Shown in pieces: positions 39,076 to 52,221 of a stretch of 64,000 bases of DNA (positions are counted from its first letter, which is position 1; every line of letters begins with the position of its first letter). This DNA comes from Torpedo marmorata. Its lineage: Eukaryota. The notes below the pieces were generated by a model. That model was not told where the DNA came from and ran no database searches. It saw nothing but the letters and a program-made list of their open reading frames with translations. The stretch covers positions 175,398,001 through 175,462,000 of the forward strand of contig OZ360220.1 in NCBI GenBank assembly GCA_977017645.1, written 5' to 3'. Position numbers and translations under genes: made by a program.

Positions 39076-40109
39076 CTTTGAAGACTTCCAGAGAGGCTCA
39101 TGTGTTAATTGTGTTCACTGTCAGTCATGATGCTAAACCTTCATTGGTGAATGCAAAAAATTGCACTGGTTTGAAAAAGAGTCTAAGAGTTGTTTCCAGT
39201 GTTTTGAAATATTACTTACTCATGAAGCAAAGTGACAAAAACCAGAGATTAATTGTCAGTACACATAGCTGCTTGTGAGTGCTTGCTAAGCATAGATTCA
39301 TCACTGGATTTTCTGTTATAATAGTGGGTAAATCCTGAATGAAGGGGCGCAGTTCTAATAGAAACCGAGGGATGTATAACTTCCTTCATGCAGGTGAAAG
39401 TGAATCCCTGAAATTTTCTATCCCAGAGAGCAGTGGAGGCCAAATCATTCAAGAGACTAAAAGGAAGCAGATAATTTTTGAAAGATCAGGAATTATGGCC
39501 TACGAAGATCTGGTACAATGGAGGAGTTGAAGCCTGGTAGATCAACTATGATCATATTGAATGGTGTGACAGGATTGAGGGACTGAGTGGCCTACTCTTG
39601 CTCCTATTTTCTTGTGATCCAGTGTTCATTTCAGTATTCTTCATTAGCTGTAAACCATTTTGACATCATGAAAAATGCAACATAAGTGTAAATCTTTCTG
39701 CTGTGCCTGTGTGAAATCCTCCTTGACCTTCTCTCGTACTGTACTTCACAGTCAGTGGCTGTGTTACTAGATAAGGTCAGCAACAGTGGATCATACAATG
39801 CTTACAACTGGCATTCTGCAGGATTCAGGAGGCCCATCTGTCAATGATGGCGATCTATTGCCTTTTTAGTTCCAGTGACCCAGCTTACATTCTGAGGTCT
39901 GCCAGGTATTGAGTTAGGGAGGGCAAAACATGTCGTAACAATGGGAAATTGCATCGGTAGCTGATGCTCACCCCGTCAAACTCCTGGGCTGCAGCTCCCA
40001 GAGAGTCATAGTGATATGTAGCACAGAAGCTGGCCCTTCGGTCTACTGTGTCCTGGCCAACCTTCATGCCTCTCTATTCCACTCAAATTTTCCCTCAACA
40101 GACCACATT

Positions 40110-42860
40110 CTTCCTTGCCGCCAATTTAAACATCTGTCTAAATGTCTCTTAAACTTGATGCATGCATCTGATTTCACCACCTCATCCGGCAGTGAGTTCC
40201 AGATATTAACAACACTCTATGTAAAAAAAACTTTACTAAGATCCCCTTTAAATCTCCCTCCTTGCACTTTAAAACTATGCCCTCTTGTTTTTGTTACCCC
40301 GACAATGGGAAAAAGATCTTGGCTATCAGAATCAGACTTTATTGTCATGAACAAGTCATGAAATTCGGTGTTTTGCGGCAGCATCATAGTGCAATTAACA
40401 TTCATATTAACCATCTTATGACATTACTATAAAAAATTATAAATAATAGTGCACAAAAAGTAAGGCAGTGTCTTTGGTTCATTGATTATTCAGGAATCTG
40501 ATGGCAGCGGGGAAGAAGCTGTCCTTGTGCCGTTGAGTGCTCATCTTTAGGCTCCTGTACCTTTTTCCCGATGGAAGCAGAGTGAAGAGGGCATGGCCTG
40601 GGTGGTGGGGGTCTTTGAGGATAGAGGCTGCTTTTTTAAGACACCGCCTCATGTAGATGTCCTCGATGGAGTGAAGTTTGGTGCCTGTGATGTCACAGGC
40701 CAAGTTAACAACCTTCTGGAGTTTACTCTTGTCCTGTGAGTTGGCACCTCCATACCAGGCAGTGATGCAACCAGCCAGAATGCTCTCCACGGTACACCTG
40801 TAGAAGTTTAACAGAGTCTTCGGTGACATACCGAATCTTCGCAGACACCTCACAAAGTATAGCCGCTGACAAGCCTTCTTTGTGATTGCATCAATGTGGA
40901 GGCTCCAGGACAGATCCTCGGAGATGTTGACACCCAGGAATTTGAAGTTCTTGACCTCTCCACTACTGAGCCCTCAATGAGGAGTGGTTTGTGTTCCCCT
41001 GACTTCCTCCTGAAGTCCACAATCATCTCCTTGGTTTTGCTGACGTTGAGCTCAAGGTTGTTGTTGTTACACCATTCAACGAGCTGATCTATCTCCCTCC
41101 TGTACGCTTCCTCATTGCCATTTGTGATTCTGCCGACAACTGTGGTGTCATCGGCAAACTTGTAGATGGCATTGGAATTGTGCCTGGCCACACAGTCATG
41201 GGTGTATAACGAGTAGAGCAGTGGACTAAGCACGCATCCTTGGGGTGCGCCTGTGTTGATAATCAGTGAGGAGGAGACGTTGTTTCCAATTCGTACTGAC
41301 TGTGGTCTTCCGATGAGAAAGTCAAGGATCCAGTTGCAGAGTGGGGTACAGAGGCCTAGAGTTTGTAGCTTCTTGACCAGCACTGAGGGAATAATGGTAT
41401 TGAAGGCCAAGCTGTAGTCGATGAAGAGCAGCCGTATGTATGAATTGCTGTTTTCGAGGTGATCCAGAGCTGAGTGGAGAGCCAGCGATATTGCATCTGC
41501 TGTGGAGCGATTGTGATGATAGGCGAATTGCAGTGGGTCCAGATCTTTGCTTAGGTACGTGTTAATTCTGGCCATGACCAGCTTCTCAAAGCATTTCATC
41601 ACAGTAGAAGTTAGTGCTACTGGGCGGTAGTCGTTGAGGCAGCCCACACTACTCTTCTTGGGTACCGGGATGATTGATGCCCTTTTGAAGCAGGTGGGAA
41701 CCTCTGACTGCCGCAATGAGAGGTTGAGAATGTCCGTGAACACTCCGGCTAGTTGGTTGGCGCAGATTTTCAGTACCCTGCCAGGTACGCCGTCAGGGCC
41801 TGACGCCTTGCGAGGGTTCACCCTCTTGACTGATGTTCTGACGTGGCCCTCAGAGAAAGATATCACAGGGTCCTCAGCCTTTTCAGGGATTCTAGTAGGC
41901 ACTGTTTTCGACCCCATCTATGCTTCCTATACTTCTATCAGTGTCACTTCTCAGCCTTTATCGCTTCAGGGAAAACAAGACCAGCCTATCTAATCCCTCC
42001 CTGTAACTTAAATCTTCCAATCAGGCATCATTCTGGTGAATCTTCTCTGCACTTTCTGCAGTGCAACCACATCCTTCCTATCATGTGGCAACCAGAACAG
42101 CACATGATTCTTCAAGTGCAGCCTAACCAGTGTTTTGTAAAGTTGCAGCATCATGTCCCAACTTTTATATTCTATGCCCCAACCTGTTAAGTAAGTCTGC
42201 CACATGCCTTCCTCAGCACCCTATTGCCACTTTCATGGAATTATAGACTTGACCCTAAGGTCTCTCTGTTCATCAACATTCCTTCGTAACCTACTGTGTA
42301 TGTCCTAATCGACTTTTCAAAAAACATCACCTCACATTTATTGGGATTAAATTCCAGCTGCCAATGCTCTTCCCAACTTTTCATCTGATCCATATCCTGC
42401 TCTAGCCTTTGACAACCTGCCTCACTATCGACAACTCCACCAATTTTCATTTCATCCACAAACTTGCTAATCAGAATCAGAATTTCAGAATCAGATTCTA
42501 TTGTCATGAACAAGTCATGAAATTCGGTGTTTTTCATTCCTCCTACGTTCACATCCAGGTTCTTAATGTGTATCACAAACGGCAAAAGTCCCAGCACTGA
42601 TACCCGCAGTGCACCACTAGTTACTGTATATAGATTTCCAATCAGAGAAGCATCCTTCCATCCCTACCCCTCTGTCTCCTATCACCAAGCTGAGTTGGAT
42701 ACAATTAGCCAGCTTGTCTTGGATTCATTGTACTTTCACCTTCTGGATCAGCCTACCAAACAGGCTTACCAAATGCCTTTCATGAGTCCATATCGATAAC
42801 ATTTACCACACTGCCTTAATCAATCTCCTTTATTAATGCCTCAAAAAAATCAAATCGGCC
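40110..42860 (-). mobile_element. Degraded CR1 split by a Rex1 and by a short Rex1 tail (about 42469-42533)
   Basis: ORFs 40217..40414, 42008..42205 and 42241..42597 carry CR1 motifs (WQLEFNPNKCEV, LQLYKTLVR, TRGHSFKV). Confidence 0.75.
40325..41885 (-). mobile_element. Rex1-clade LINE, near-intact RT
   Basis: ORF 40850..41917 ([39 protein letters not shown]) plus 40479..40853; (TCTGAT) tail. Confidence 0.92.
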
Positions 42861-43698
42861 TTTCCAAGTGTACAAAATTTATGTCCTTAAGAATTGCTGC
42901 AGACTATCAACATACCCCTCTATGAACACAGTATCCTCCACATCCTTCTACTTGGTGAATACAGAGAAGAAATATTCATTTAGGACCTCACCAACATCCC
43001 AGGCTCCACACAAGATTACCCCTGTGGTTCCGATGGGAACTCATTTTTTCCCCAGCTACTCTCTTGCTCCTAATATGTGATAGATGATTAAGGGTTTCCT
43101 TCCCAAATAGTTTTTGCCTTCCCAAATAGTTTTTGCCTTCCCAAATAGTTTCTTAAGTACTCTTCCAAACTCTCTATATTCCTCAAGACACCATCTTGAT
43201 TGTTGCTGCCATAAGAATTTTACTTTCCTGATCAAATCTTTGTCATTCCAGATTTACTTCCTTTTAGTTCCTATGGATGCTGTGTGACCTGTTGAGTTCT
43301 TCCAGCACATTTGTGTATTGCTTATATATCTGTTCCTCCAATTCCCGATGACAATTGGGAAGCCCATAGTATAACTCCAGCAAATCTATCACCCCTCTCT
43401 TATTCCAAACCTTTACGGTGTATTTGGCCGATCCCTCCAGGATATCCTCTCGTCGTTTTGCAAACTGCAATACGAAGGGAAGATATTATCAATGGATGAG
43501 AACTGGTGTTCTGATCCATTTATCTGTTGGAGTGAAGAGTGTAGGAGATTCATGAAAGCTTCCCTGTCCAAACTGGAGAAAATCACTCAGTCCAAGCCTG
43601 CACAGATTCAGTTTGAAAACCCTAAAGTGATAAATAGCATCTTGGAACTTTGTATGTGTGTGAAAGTGGAAATTGAACTGGTGACAACACAGAGTGCT

Positions 43699-44230
43699 CA
43701 CCATTCCCACACTGACATGCCTGTCCCTGGCCTCATGCACTGCCAAACTGAGGTTACCTGCAAATTGAAGGAACAACACCTTATATTCCATCTGGCACTC
43801 TCCAACCAGACGGCATTAACATCAACCACCAATTTCCGTTAAACCCCTCCCCCAAATCTCTCTCTCTTTCCCATTCCCTCTGTCTCCTTTCCTCCAGGTC
43901 CCCACCCCCTTCCCTTCCCTCTCCTATCAGAGAGCTACCCTCGACCCTCTTCCCCATCACTTTTCAGCTTTTTTTCTCTTCTACCCTCCCACCAATATCC
44001 ACCCATGACCTCTTACCTGTTAGCCTGTACTCCTTCCTCCCTCCTCTCCTCTCCTCCCCCCACCTCTTTATTCAGGCACCTGCCTGCTTTTGCTTATACC
44101 TCAATGAAAGGCTCAGGCACAAAACTTTGGTTACCCTTTACTTACTATGGATGCTACTTAACCTGCTGAGTTTCTCCAGCACACTTGTGTATTGCACTCA
44201 ACCCCAGCATCTGCAGACTTTCTTGTTTAA
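43699..44230 (+). mobile_element. Penelope-like 3' fragment with terminal repeat
   Basis: HSHTDMPVPGLMHCQTEVTCKLKEQHLIFHL; pyrimidine tract; degenerate hammerhead motif at about 44097-44135. Confidence 0.75.
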
Positions 44231-44863
44231 CAACACAGAGTAGATTGTGCATTATTAATACCTCATGCAAAATCTCAACACTACTTGGCTGTAAATTTAT
44301 AACTATGTAACTTGTTTTACAAGCTCCACCAAACACAAACACTCAACAATCATCCTGTCATGTGTGACAATGTCAGCATCTTTGTTTTCTTCAGGAAAAA
44401 CTGGCCTTTGACACAATGGCTTTTATAACTTATGTTTAGGGAATGTGACCTTCAGATGAAAGTCCAGATGTCACCTGCTCTCTCAAATGGAGTAAACGCG
44501 TGGTTGATGTTTGGTGTGGACTTCCGTGCTGTTTCTCTCTATGAGATAGATATAACAGATTCCTTGGCACTACTTTGAAAAAGAGCAGTGGAATTATCCT
44601 TGGTGTGCTTCCCAATATTAATCCTCTATCAACATCACAAAAAACAGAGTATCATTAACACACTGCTGACTGTGTTGTGTATTTTAGACATTAGATCGTT
44701 GACTATACTTCAGCAGTATTTCATTGCATTGCAGTCATGAAATAAAATGCATGTTGTTCTTTATTTCGTTATTCATGTTTGGAAAAAATATCAAAATAAA
44801 AGTTGCATGCCCAGAAATACATTCCCAGTAGTTCTAATGGAACAACAACTGTACCATGCCTTC

Positions 44864-45713
44864 TGTTACAAAATCAAACCAGCAACGACAGAAGACGTAA
44901 TGCAAAAGGGGTAAAATTGAAATTATTATTTATTAAACACAAGTAAACATATAATTTCACAACAATTAACCCCACTATAAACGTCTATACTCTATTCTTA
45001 TCTAAAAGGTGTTTGTGTGTGTGTAAAGCCCAGACCATTACAGTCTGTGCCTAACCCTTATGTAAAAATGGAAAAACTTTCCCCAAAAACCCCAGGTCAG
45101 TCATAAAAAACAAGTCAGTCAAAAAAAAAGATAAACAGTCTACAAATTCACTCTCTAAGTTCAGGCTTCAATTCAGCTCTGGGTCTGGTAGAAGTACTTC
45201 TGAATGAACGTTGGAGAGAGACAATGACTGTTATGCTTACAAATACTTGTTTTCTTCTCTGATGACGTCCCCTTCTTGTAGGTTCATAAGGATTGCAAGT
45301 TCCAGATCAGTATACCACTGATTTAGGCGTGTGCTTGAATCTCACAGCTAGTCTCGCTGATCTCACGCCTGTTCTCCACAGAAGTTGCTTTTCTCAGAAT
45401 TTCTCTGAGACAGGAGGCCATGTGCTATTCTTCCAGTTTTCTCTGACTGCACAAGCCTGCATCTGGCTGTGTTCGGTAGCCTTTGCAACTCACAACTGTC
45501 TGTCTGCTTTGCAGAGATCTGCCCCTGCTTTTTGCAAAAGTGCAACAATGTATCTTTTCCACAGTCTGTCTCTCTCTGCTCTCTCTCTCTCTGGGTACAC
45601 CAAGTCCTGGGGAAGTTAACTTTTTCAGTACCTGGCCCCAGTGTGTACTCCAAAAGACTTCATCCTTCCTGCTGACCGTCCGCAGTCCAAATGGTCAGTC
45701 ATGGTCCATAACA
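44864..45713 (-). mobile_element. Solo LTR (Gypsy or ERV type), 850 bp
   Basis: Ends TGTTA...TAACA; 4-bp TSD CTTC at 44860-44863 and 45714-45717; minus-strand AATAAA at 44929-44934. Confidence 0.7.
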
Positions 45714-46084
45714 CTTCCATTAGCTCCTGAGTATAATACACACTATGCAGATATAACATTTAATGCAACTGATTGATATGAATTTCCAGGCAATGTATAT
45801 CTTTATTTGGTCTGTCAGGGTACGGATATCACTGGCAATGATTTAATTTACTCTCCATTCTTACCTGTTTCTGAATCGAGGAGGCACTTAAAGTTCAAGC
45901 ACTTGATTAAGTCTGGAGTCACCTACAGGCCAGACAAGCAAATAATTGTAGATTTTGTGAGGAACATTCATTAATTAACTAGAAGGATATTTACAAAAAC
46001 AATCCAGTAGTTACTGTGGTACTGTTACCAAGTACCATTGTTTTAAATTCAACTTCAATTTAAATTCAATTGCATTTGTAAATT

Positions 46085-46290
46085 TAGACATACAGCACAG
46101 TAACAGGCCCTTCCGGCCATGAGTCCATGCTACCCAAATACCCCAATTAATCTACAACCCCAGTACGTTTTGGAGGGTGGGAGGAAACCAAAGCACCCAG
46201 AGGAAACCCACGGAGACACAGAGAGAACGTATAAACTCCTTACAGACAGCGCCAGATTTAAAACCAGGTCGCTGCCACTCTAACAGTTTT
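46085..46290 (-). mobile_element. tRNA-derived SINE, partial
   Basis: Reverse complement of the 12104-12350 family. Confidence 0.75.
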
Positions 46291-46379
46291 AAATGTTTGA
46301 TTGATCTAATTGCTTGAATTTAAATTACACGACCCCTAATTTTAAACTATTTTATTCGAGCAAAATGTTTTAGCATTAG

Positions 46380-47350
46380 TCATAGATCATACAGCATAGA
46401 TCAGGCCCTTCAGCCCAACTAGTCCATGCCGACCAATTTGGCATTCAGGACTGATCCCATTTGCTTGCATTTGGTCGATGTTCCTCCAAGCCCCTCCTGT
46501 CCATAAATCTGCCCAAATGTTTTTTGAATGTCTTCCTGCGAAGACTGAGGAAAGTTCATCTCCCACCCCCTATCCTTACTACATTCTACAGGGGATGTAT
46601 TGAGAATATTCTGAGCAATTGCATCACTGCTTGGTTTGGAAACTGTACCACCTCGGACCGAAAGACCCTGCAGAAAATACTGAGGGCAGCGGAGAAAATT
46701 ATTGGAGTCTGTCTCCCCACCATGATGGACATCTACAACACACGATGCATGAGGAAGGCTAAAAACATTGTGAAGGACTTCTCACACCCCTTTGGTAAAC
46801 TGTTTTCGCCTTTGCCATCTGGAAGGAGGTACCGAAGCACTCGGGCTCGTACGTCCAGACTGTGCAACAGTTTTTCCCCCCAAGCCATCAGGCTCCTCAA
46901 TTCCTAGATATATATGTGTACCAGTATGCTATAGTTTTTTCTATTGTATTATGATATTTATGTACATTTGCCCATGGTCCTGGAGAAATGCTATCTCGTC
47001 TTACTGTGTATATGGTAATGAACGACAAATAAAGGTGACTTGACTTGACTTGACTTGAATGTTGTTATTGTGCCTGTTTCTACAGTTTCCTCTGGCAGCT
47101 CGTTCCAAATACAGACCACCCTCTTAGTGAAAAATTTGCCCCTTAGGTTCCTCTTAAATCTTTCCTCTCTCATCCATGCCCTCTCGTTCCAGAATCATCT
47201 ACCCTGTAAAAAATATTGTGGCCATTCACTTTATCCATGCTCCTCGTGATTTTGTGAACCTAAGGTCACCCCTCAGCCTCCTCTGCTCCATGGAATAGAG
47301 ACCCAGCCTACCACACCTTCCCCTATCATTCAAACCCTCCAGACACAGCA
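46380..47350 (-). mobile_element. CR1 3' fragment split by a Rex1
   Basis: ERFKRNLRGKFFTKRVVCIWNELP; halves join across the TSD TTGAATGT. Confidence 0.7.
46532..47054 (+). mobile_element. Rex1-like 3' fragment
   Basis: FLRRLRK..FYRGCIENILSNCITAWFG..LPSGRRYR; (GACTT)n tail; TSD TTGAATGT at 46524-46531 and 47055-47062. Confidence 0.85.
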
Positions 47351-47559
47351 ACTTTTGCAAATGAAAAATTTCAAATTAAGTTGATCTTTTCTCAGCATTT
47401 ATTATTAGTCTTTATTGTTAAACTCTAAGTCTTAACAGGTGGGATATCAGGTCCTAAGCATAAAAAAATACATGCTGCTTATTCTTTTGTATATATTAAT
47501 TTATCTAAACCTTTGTAGTGTGGAGGGGAGGAAAACACACCTAATTTTACATAAACCAA

Positions 47560-47880
47560 TAGGTAACCCCCAACCCCCATCTGGTTCCACCAGTTCCATC
47601 TCATCTTTACCTACTTCTGTACTATTCTTCCCTCTCTCTAATCCACCCCCCCCCCCACCCCTTCCAAAGATCTCTCCATCTATCTGTCTCTCCACCTGCC
47701 ACACCAACCCTATCACCTCTGGGCCCCTCCCCCAGCTTCTTTCCTCCATTATATATGTCATTTCATCTTTTCATCTTTCTTTTGATGAAGGGTCCAGACA
47801 TGAAACTTAACTGACTATTCTACCCAATGGATGCTGTCTGACCTGATGAATTCCTCAAGCAACTTTTTGTTTGCTCAAGA
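47560..47880 (+). mobile_element. Degraded Penelope terminal repeat
   Basis: TTTGATGAAGGGTCCAGACATGAAAC followed by GGATGCTGTCTGACCTG. Confidence 0.6.
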
Positions 47881-48783
47881 AACTGTGTGATGTTGATCAT
47901 TTGCAAAGATTGTTCAGCCCTTTCAATGGTGAGATACACTTCTCCAGAAACCCATCATGTTCAAATACTTGCGACAGCTGAACCACTAATTCACAAATCC
48001 TTAGAAGATCTGTGAATGCTCTGAATCATTTTGGTTATTTTTCTGCTGACTGGAAGCAAATGTGAGTAATGAAATGTTGGTCTGTGTAATTCCACTTTCT
48101 GGAGTGTAATCTGTTGATAAAGAATGCAGTTCATTATGTTTGACTTTATTCAATTTCTTTTGTTGCTGGAAACTTGTAATCAATTCAAAATTCAGAGTTT
48201 GAAGACATAGAGTACATTGCTAAATTTAATTTGCAACAAAAAAGTCATTAAGTTTAAGTAACACATATGTCTAAGTATTTAAGTCACAACATAACATGAG
48301 CATGATTTTTGTACAGACTAGGATGTTATGTAACTAGATCAGAGATTCACACCTAAGAGTGAAGCAACCTTGGTGCTAACAGTTAGAAATGTTTATATTC
48401 CTGGAAACTATGCCGACATATGGTTTAAAATAAGTCAAGAAAATGACATGGAGATACTTCAGTTACTTATTGAGAAATCTTTAAAAAAACTTTAATGACT
48501 TGGAAACCTTTCTTCATAACATTTCACTCCCAAACTGAAATCAATGAGGAGCTCAGAGATGGGAGGGTAGTTGAAAAAGGAAGGAGCATCAAAATCAGGT
48601 CTGCCAGGCTGGGAAACAGCTTCTTCCCGCACACTGTGAAATTGTTGAATGGTATTCTGTAACTGAGTAAATTATTCCAATATATATATATATATATAGA
48701 GTTTAGGTAAGGTTGATCTTCACTATAAAATAGTGCTCAACAAGCTTGTCGGGCACATGTGAGTAGTGTGCTTTTCTGTTTAC

Positions 48784-48826
<43 letters not shown>

Positions 48827-48829
<3 letters not shown>

Positions 48830-49149
48830 AGCGGCTGCAACGGCAGCGATATCGGAATAAAATACGTTCACACAGTTGGAGAGTGAACCAATAAGTCTTT
48901 AATGTTTGAATCGCTCGCGCTACTGAACAAGGAACGACGCACTTCCGGTCCCCACGCGTCGGTGCCAGGAAGTGACGTCAGCACGCTGTGGAGCCGCCGC
49001 CTACCTAGCGTGGTGTCGTCCCCTAGGCAACGTGCGTCGCTAAACGCGGGCTTCTCCTTAGAAGGGAAGGGAGGCCAGCGACATCTTGTGGTGACCGACT
49101 TGGGCGACGATTCGGCTCGTCTAAACGCGTGGCCGCTCGGCCCGCTACA
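48827..49149 (-). repeat. 3' LTR of the Gypsy element
   Basis: TGTAGCGG...CCGCTACA; direct repeat of 55897-56219; preceded on the minus strand by the PPT. Confidence 0.95.
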
Positions 49150-49164
49150 CCACCCCCCCCCCTA
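49150..49164 (-). promoter_or_regulatory. Polypurine tract
   Basis: G-run on the minus strand abutting the 3' LTR. Confidence 0.85.
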
Positions 49165-50481
49165 GAATCGCTGCCAACCTTTGAGCCAGTTCCCGTACTG
49201 TCTTTAGGCGGGCGGCCTCTGTGTCTGACTTGGGGAACCGGGACCAGCTGACTTGAGTCCAAATGTGCTGCTTTAAGGCGGTCAATGGTAAACATGTCCT
49301 GCCGCCCGCCAATGTCCAGGGTGAAAACGACGTCGTCGTGATGTAGTACCTTGAAGGGGCCTTGGTAGGGGCATTGCAGGGGTGTTCCTTGCTGTCCTCT
49401 GCGGACGAAAACGAAATCGGTGGACTGTAAGTCTGCGGGGAAGGTGGCAGAGGTTTAGGCTTACCCATCTGCTCCCTCAAGCGGTGGAGGACGTCTAAAG
49501 CACTGGATTGCGGGCCTGGAGGGTTGAAGTGAATGTCCCCCGGGATGGTGAGCGGGAAACCGTAAACTATTTCGGCGGACAATACTGGTAAGTCTTCTTT
49601 TGGCGCTGTGCGGATTCCCAACAGCACCCATGGGAGCTCGTCCATCCAGTTCGGGCCTTGTAGTCGGGCTTTCAGGGCTGCTTTCAGATAGCGATGAAAA
49701 CGTTCGACAAGTCCGTTTGCCTGAGGATGATAGGCCGTGGTGTGGTGTAACTGGCTGCTGCAGAACTTGGCCAGGTTGGACCAGAGCGAGGACGTGAACT
49801 GGGCTCCTCGGTCTGAGGTGATGTGGGTCGGGACGCCGAAACGTGCGACCCAAGTGGACAAAAAGGCTCTGGCGCACGTCTCTGTGTCACACGTGGGCAG
49901 GAGCACCGCTTCTGGCCAACGGGTAAAACGGTCGACTATTGTGAATAGTTACCGCATATCTTGGCTCACGGGGAGCAGACCCACGATGTACATGTGCACG
50001 TGGTTGAAACGGCGTTGCATCGGGGCAAAGCTCTGGAGCGGGGCTTTGGTGTGCCTGTGTACTTTGGCGTGTTGGCAGTCCAAACAGGTCTTAGCCCTTA
50101 GGGTTACATTGCGGTGGAGGCCGTGCCACACGAACTTGTCGGACAACAGGCGGACCGTGGACCTTATCGAAGGGTGCGATAGGCCATGAATTTGGTCGAA
50201 CACCTGCCGTCGCCAGGTCGCGGGTAGGATGGGTCTAGGGAAACCTGTGGATATGTCGCACAGCAAAGTCGGGCTCCCCGGCGAAGGACAGAAATCGCTG
50301 GTGATGGCAGTCCGGTAGGCCTGGACGTCCGCATCCCCCCCCGGTCTTTTGCCAGTTGGGCAACGTCAAGTCCTCCGGAGGTGGCGGAAATGGCCGGTCT
50401 GGAAAGAGCGTCGGCTACCATGTTGGACTTGCCTGCAATGTGGCGAATGTCCGTATTATACTCAGAAATGTAGGGGAGGTG
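49165..50481 (-). pseudogene. Gypsy integrase (frameshifted)
   Basis: VADALSR; HGLSH..CLDC zinc finger; ITSDRGAQF; AYHPQANGLVERFH. Confidence 0.9.
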
Positions 50482-50509
50482 ATAAATTTACCAGCTTCAA
50501 AACAGTCAT

Positions 50510-52221
50510 CTATTTATTTATTTATTTATTTTTAAATATTTTATTTAAATTTTTAAATCACAAGATACATAAGATAAAATATAAAATTATCAAAATACAT
50601 GTGATACATTTTCACCCCCCCTCCCTCCCTCCCCTCCCCAACCCCCCATCCCCACTAATCTAATAAAAAATAAAAAGTAAAAATAGAAAAAAAAGAAAGA
50701 AAAGGATAGAGTAAGGGGAATGCCATCTATAAACTAATTCTATTATGGAGGTCAAATATGCCAGTAGATCCGATATCCAGAGATCTTCAAATCCTTAAAC
50801 CCACAGCTTTCATATATGGGCTCCAAATTTTTAAGAAAAAATGGTATTTATTACGTAAATTATAAGTAATTTTTTCAAGTGGTATACACGAATGAAGTTC
50901 TGCATGCCATCTTTCTAATCCTAAATCTAAATCAGATTTCCAAGTAACAGCAATACATTTTTTTGAAACAGCTAAAGCAATTCGCAAATATTCTACTTGA
51001 TACATATTTAATTTCTTCTTAATACTAAATTTTTAAATATCTCCAAACAAAAATATCATAGGATCCATTGGAAATGTAATCTTAAATACTTTATCTAAAA
51101 TTTTTTTAACTTTCAACCAAAAATCATAAACTTTTGGACAAAACCATGTACAATGTACAAAAGACCCTTCCTCTTTATTACATCTAAAACATAAACCTGA
51201 TAATGCCGGATTAAATTTCTTTAATTTTTTAGGTGTTAAATATAATTGATGAAAAAAATTATATTGAACTAGTCTATATCTAACGTTGATAATCTTTGTC
51301 ATACTTAATTTACATAATTCTTTCCAATGATTTTCGTCTATATTTACATTCAAATCTAATTCCCATTTTAATCTTGATTTATGCATTCCTACTTTAGGCA
51401 TTTTCCTCTGAAACAATTTATACATTTGAGAAATAAATTTATTAACATCTCCATTAGTAACTAATAATTCTAATTCATTTTGTCTTGGTAAAGTCAAAGC
51501 ATAACCTAATTTCTCAGTCAAAAAAGCTTTAATTTGATAATAAGCCAAAAATGTATTATCTAATATATTAAATTTGTCTTTCATTCTTTGAAACGTAATA
51601 AATTTCCCAGCTTCAAAACAATCACTAATCTTCTTAACTCCTTTTTGAAACCAAATTTTAAATAATTGATTATTAATAGTAAATGGAATAAGTCCATTTT
51701 GATATAAAGGCATTTTACAAGAAATTAACCCTTTCCCTCCTATCTCCCTATCCAGTTTATTCCATATTTCTAACAAATGCCTTAAAATAGGAGAGTTTTT
51801 ACCTCCTCTTAATAATAATTTAGAATTCCATTTATAAATAACCTCTTCTTTCAAATCTTCTCCAATATTATTTAGTTCTATTCTAATCCAAGCAGAAGAT
51901 TTTCCTAAATCAAACATTTCATTAATAAATTTTAATTGAGCTGCTTTATAATAATTTTGAAAATTGGGAAGTTGTAAACCACCCATTTCGTAATCCCAGG
52001 TTAATTTCTACATACCTACTCTAGCCAACTTTCCTTTCCACAAAAACTTCCTAATAATTAAATTTAAATTCTTAAAAATGTTTTGAGGAATTTCATAAGG
52101 AATTGATTGAAAAAGATATTGAATTCTTGGAAAGTCATTCATTTTGATACAATTTACCCTTCCTATTAAAGTTATAGGTAAATCTTTCCAATTCTCTAAA
52201 TCTTTTTTAATATTTTTAATA
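50510..52221 (-). mobile_element. Young L1, 5'-truncated
   Basis: ORFs 52008..52229, 51033..51986 and 50787..51005; (TAAA)n tail at 50510-50535; TSD not resolved. Confidence 0.9.

Noticed and set aside
39780-39990. Two minus-strand GTAAG donor-like sites with short open frames
   Set aside because: Weak acceptors and no recognisable peptide; could be chance.
43098-43152. 19-bp tandem triplication
   Set aside because: Simple local slippage within a decayed LINE remnant.
43492-43842. 116-aa ORF as a host exon
   Set aside because: The 3' half is a Penelope fragment; the 5' half has no recognisable homology or splice signals.
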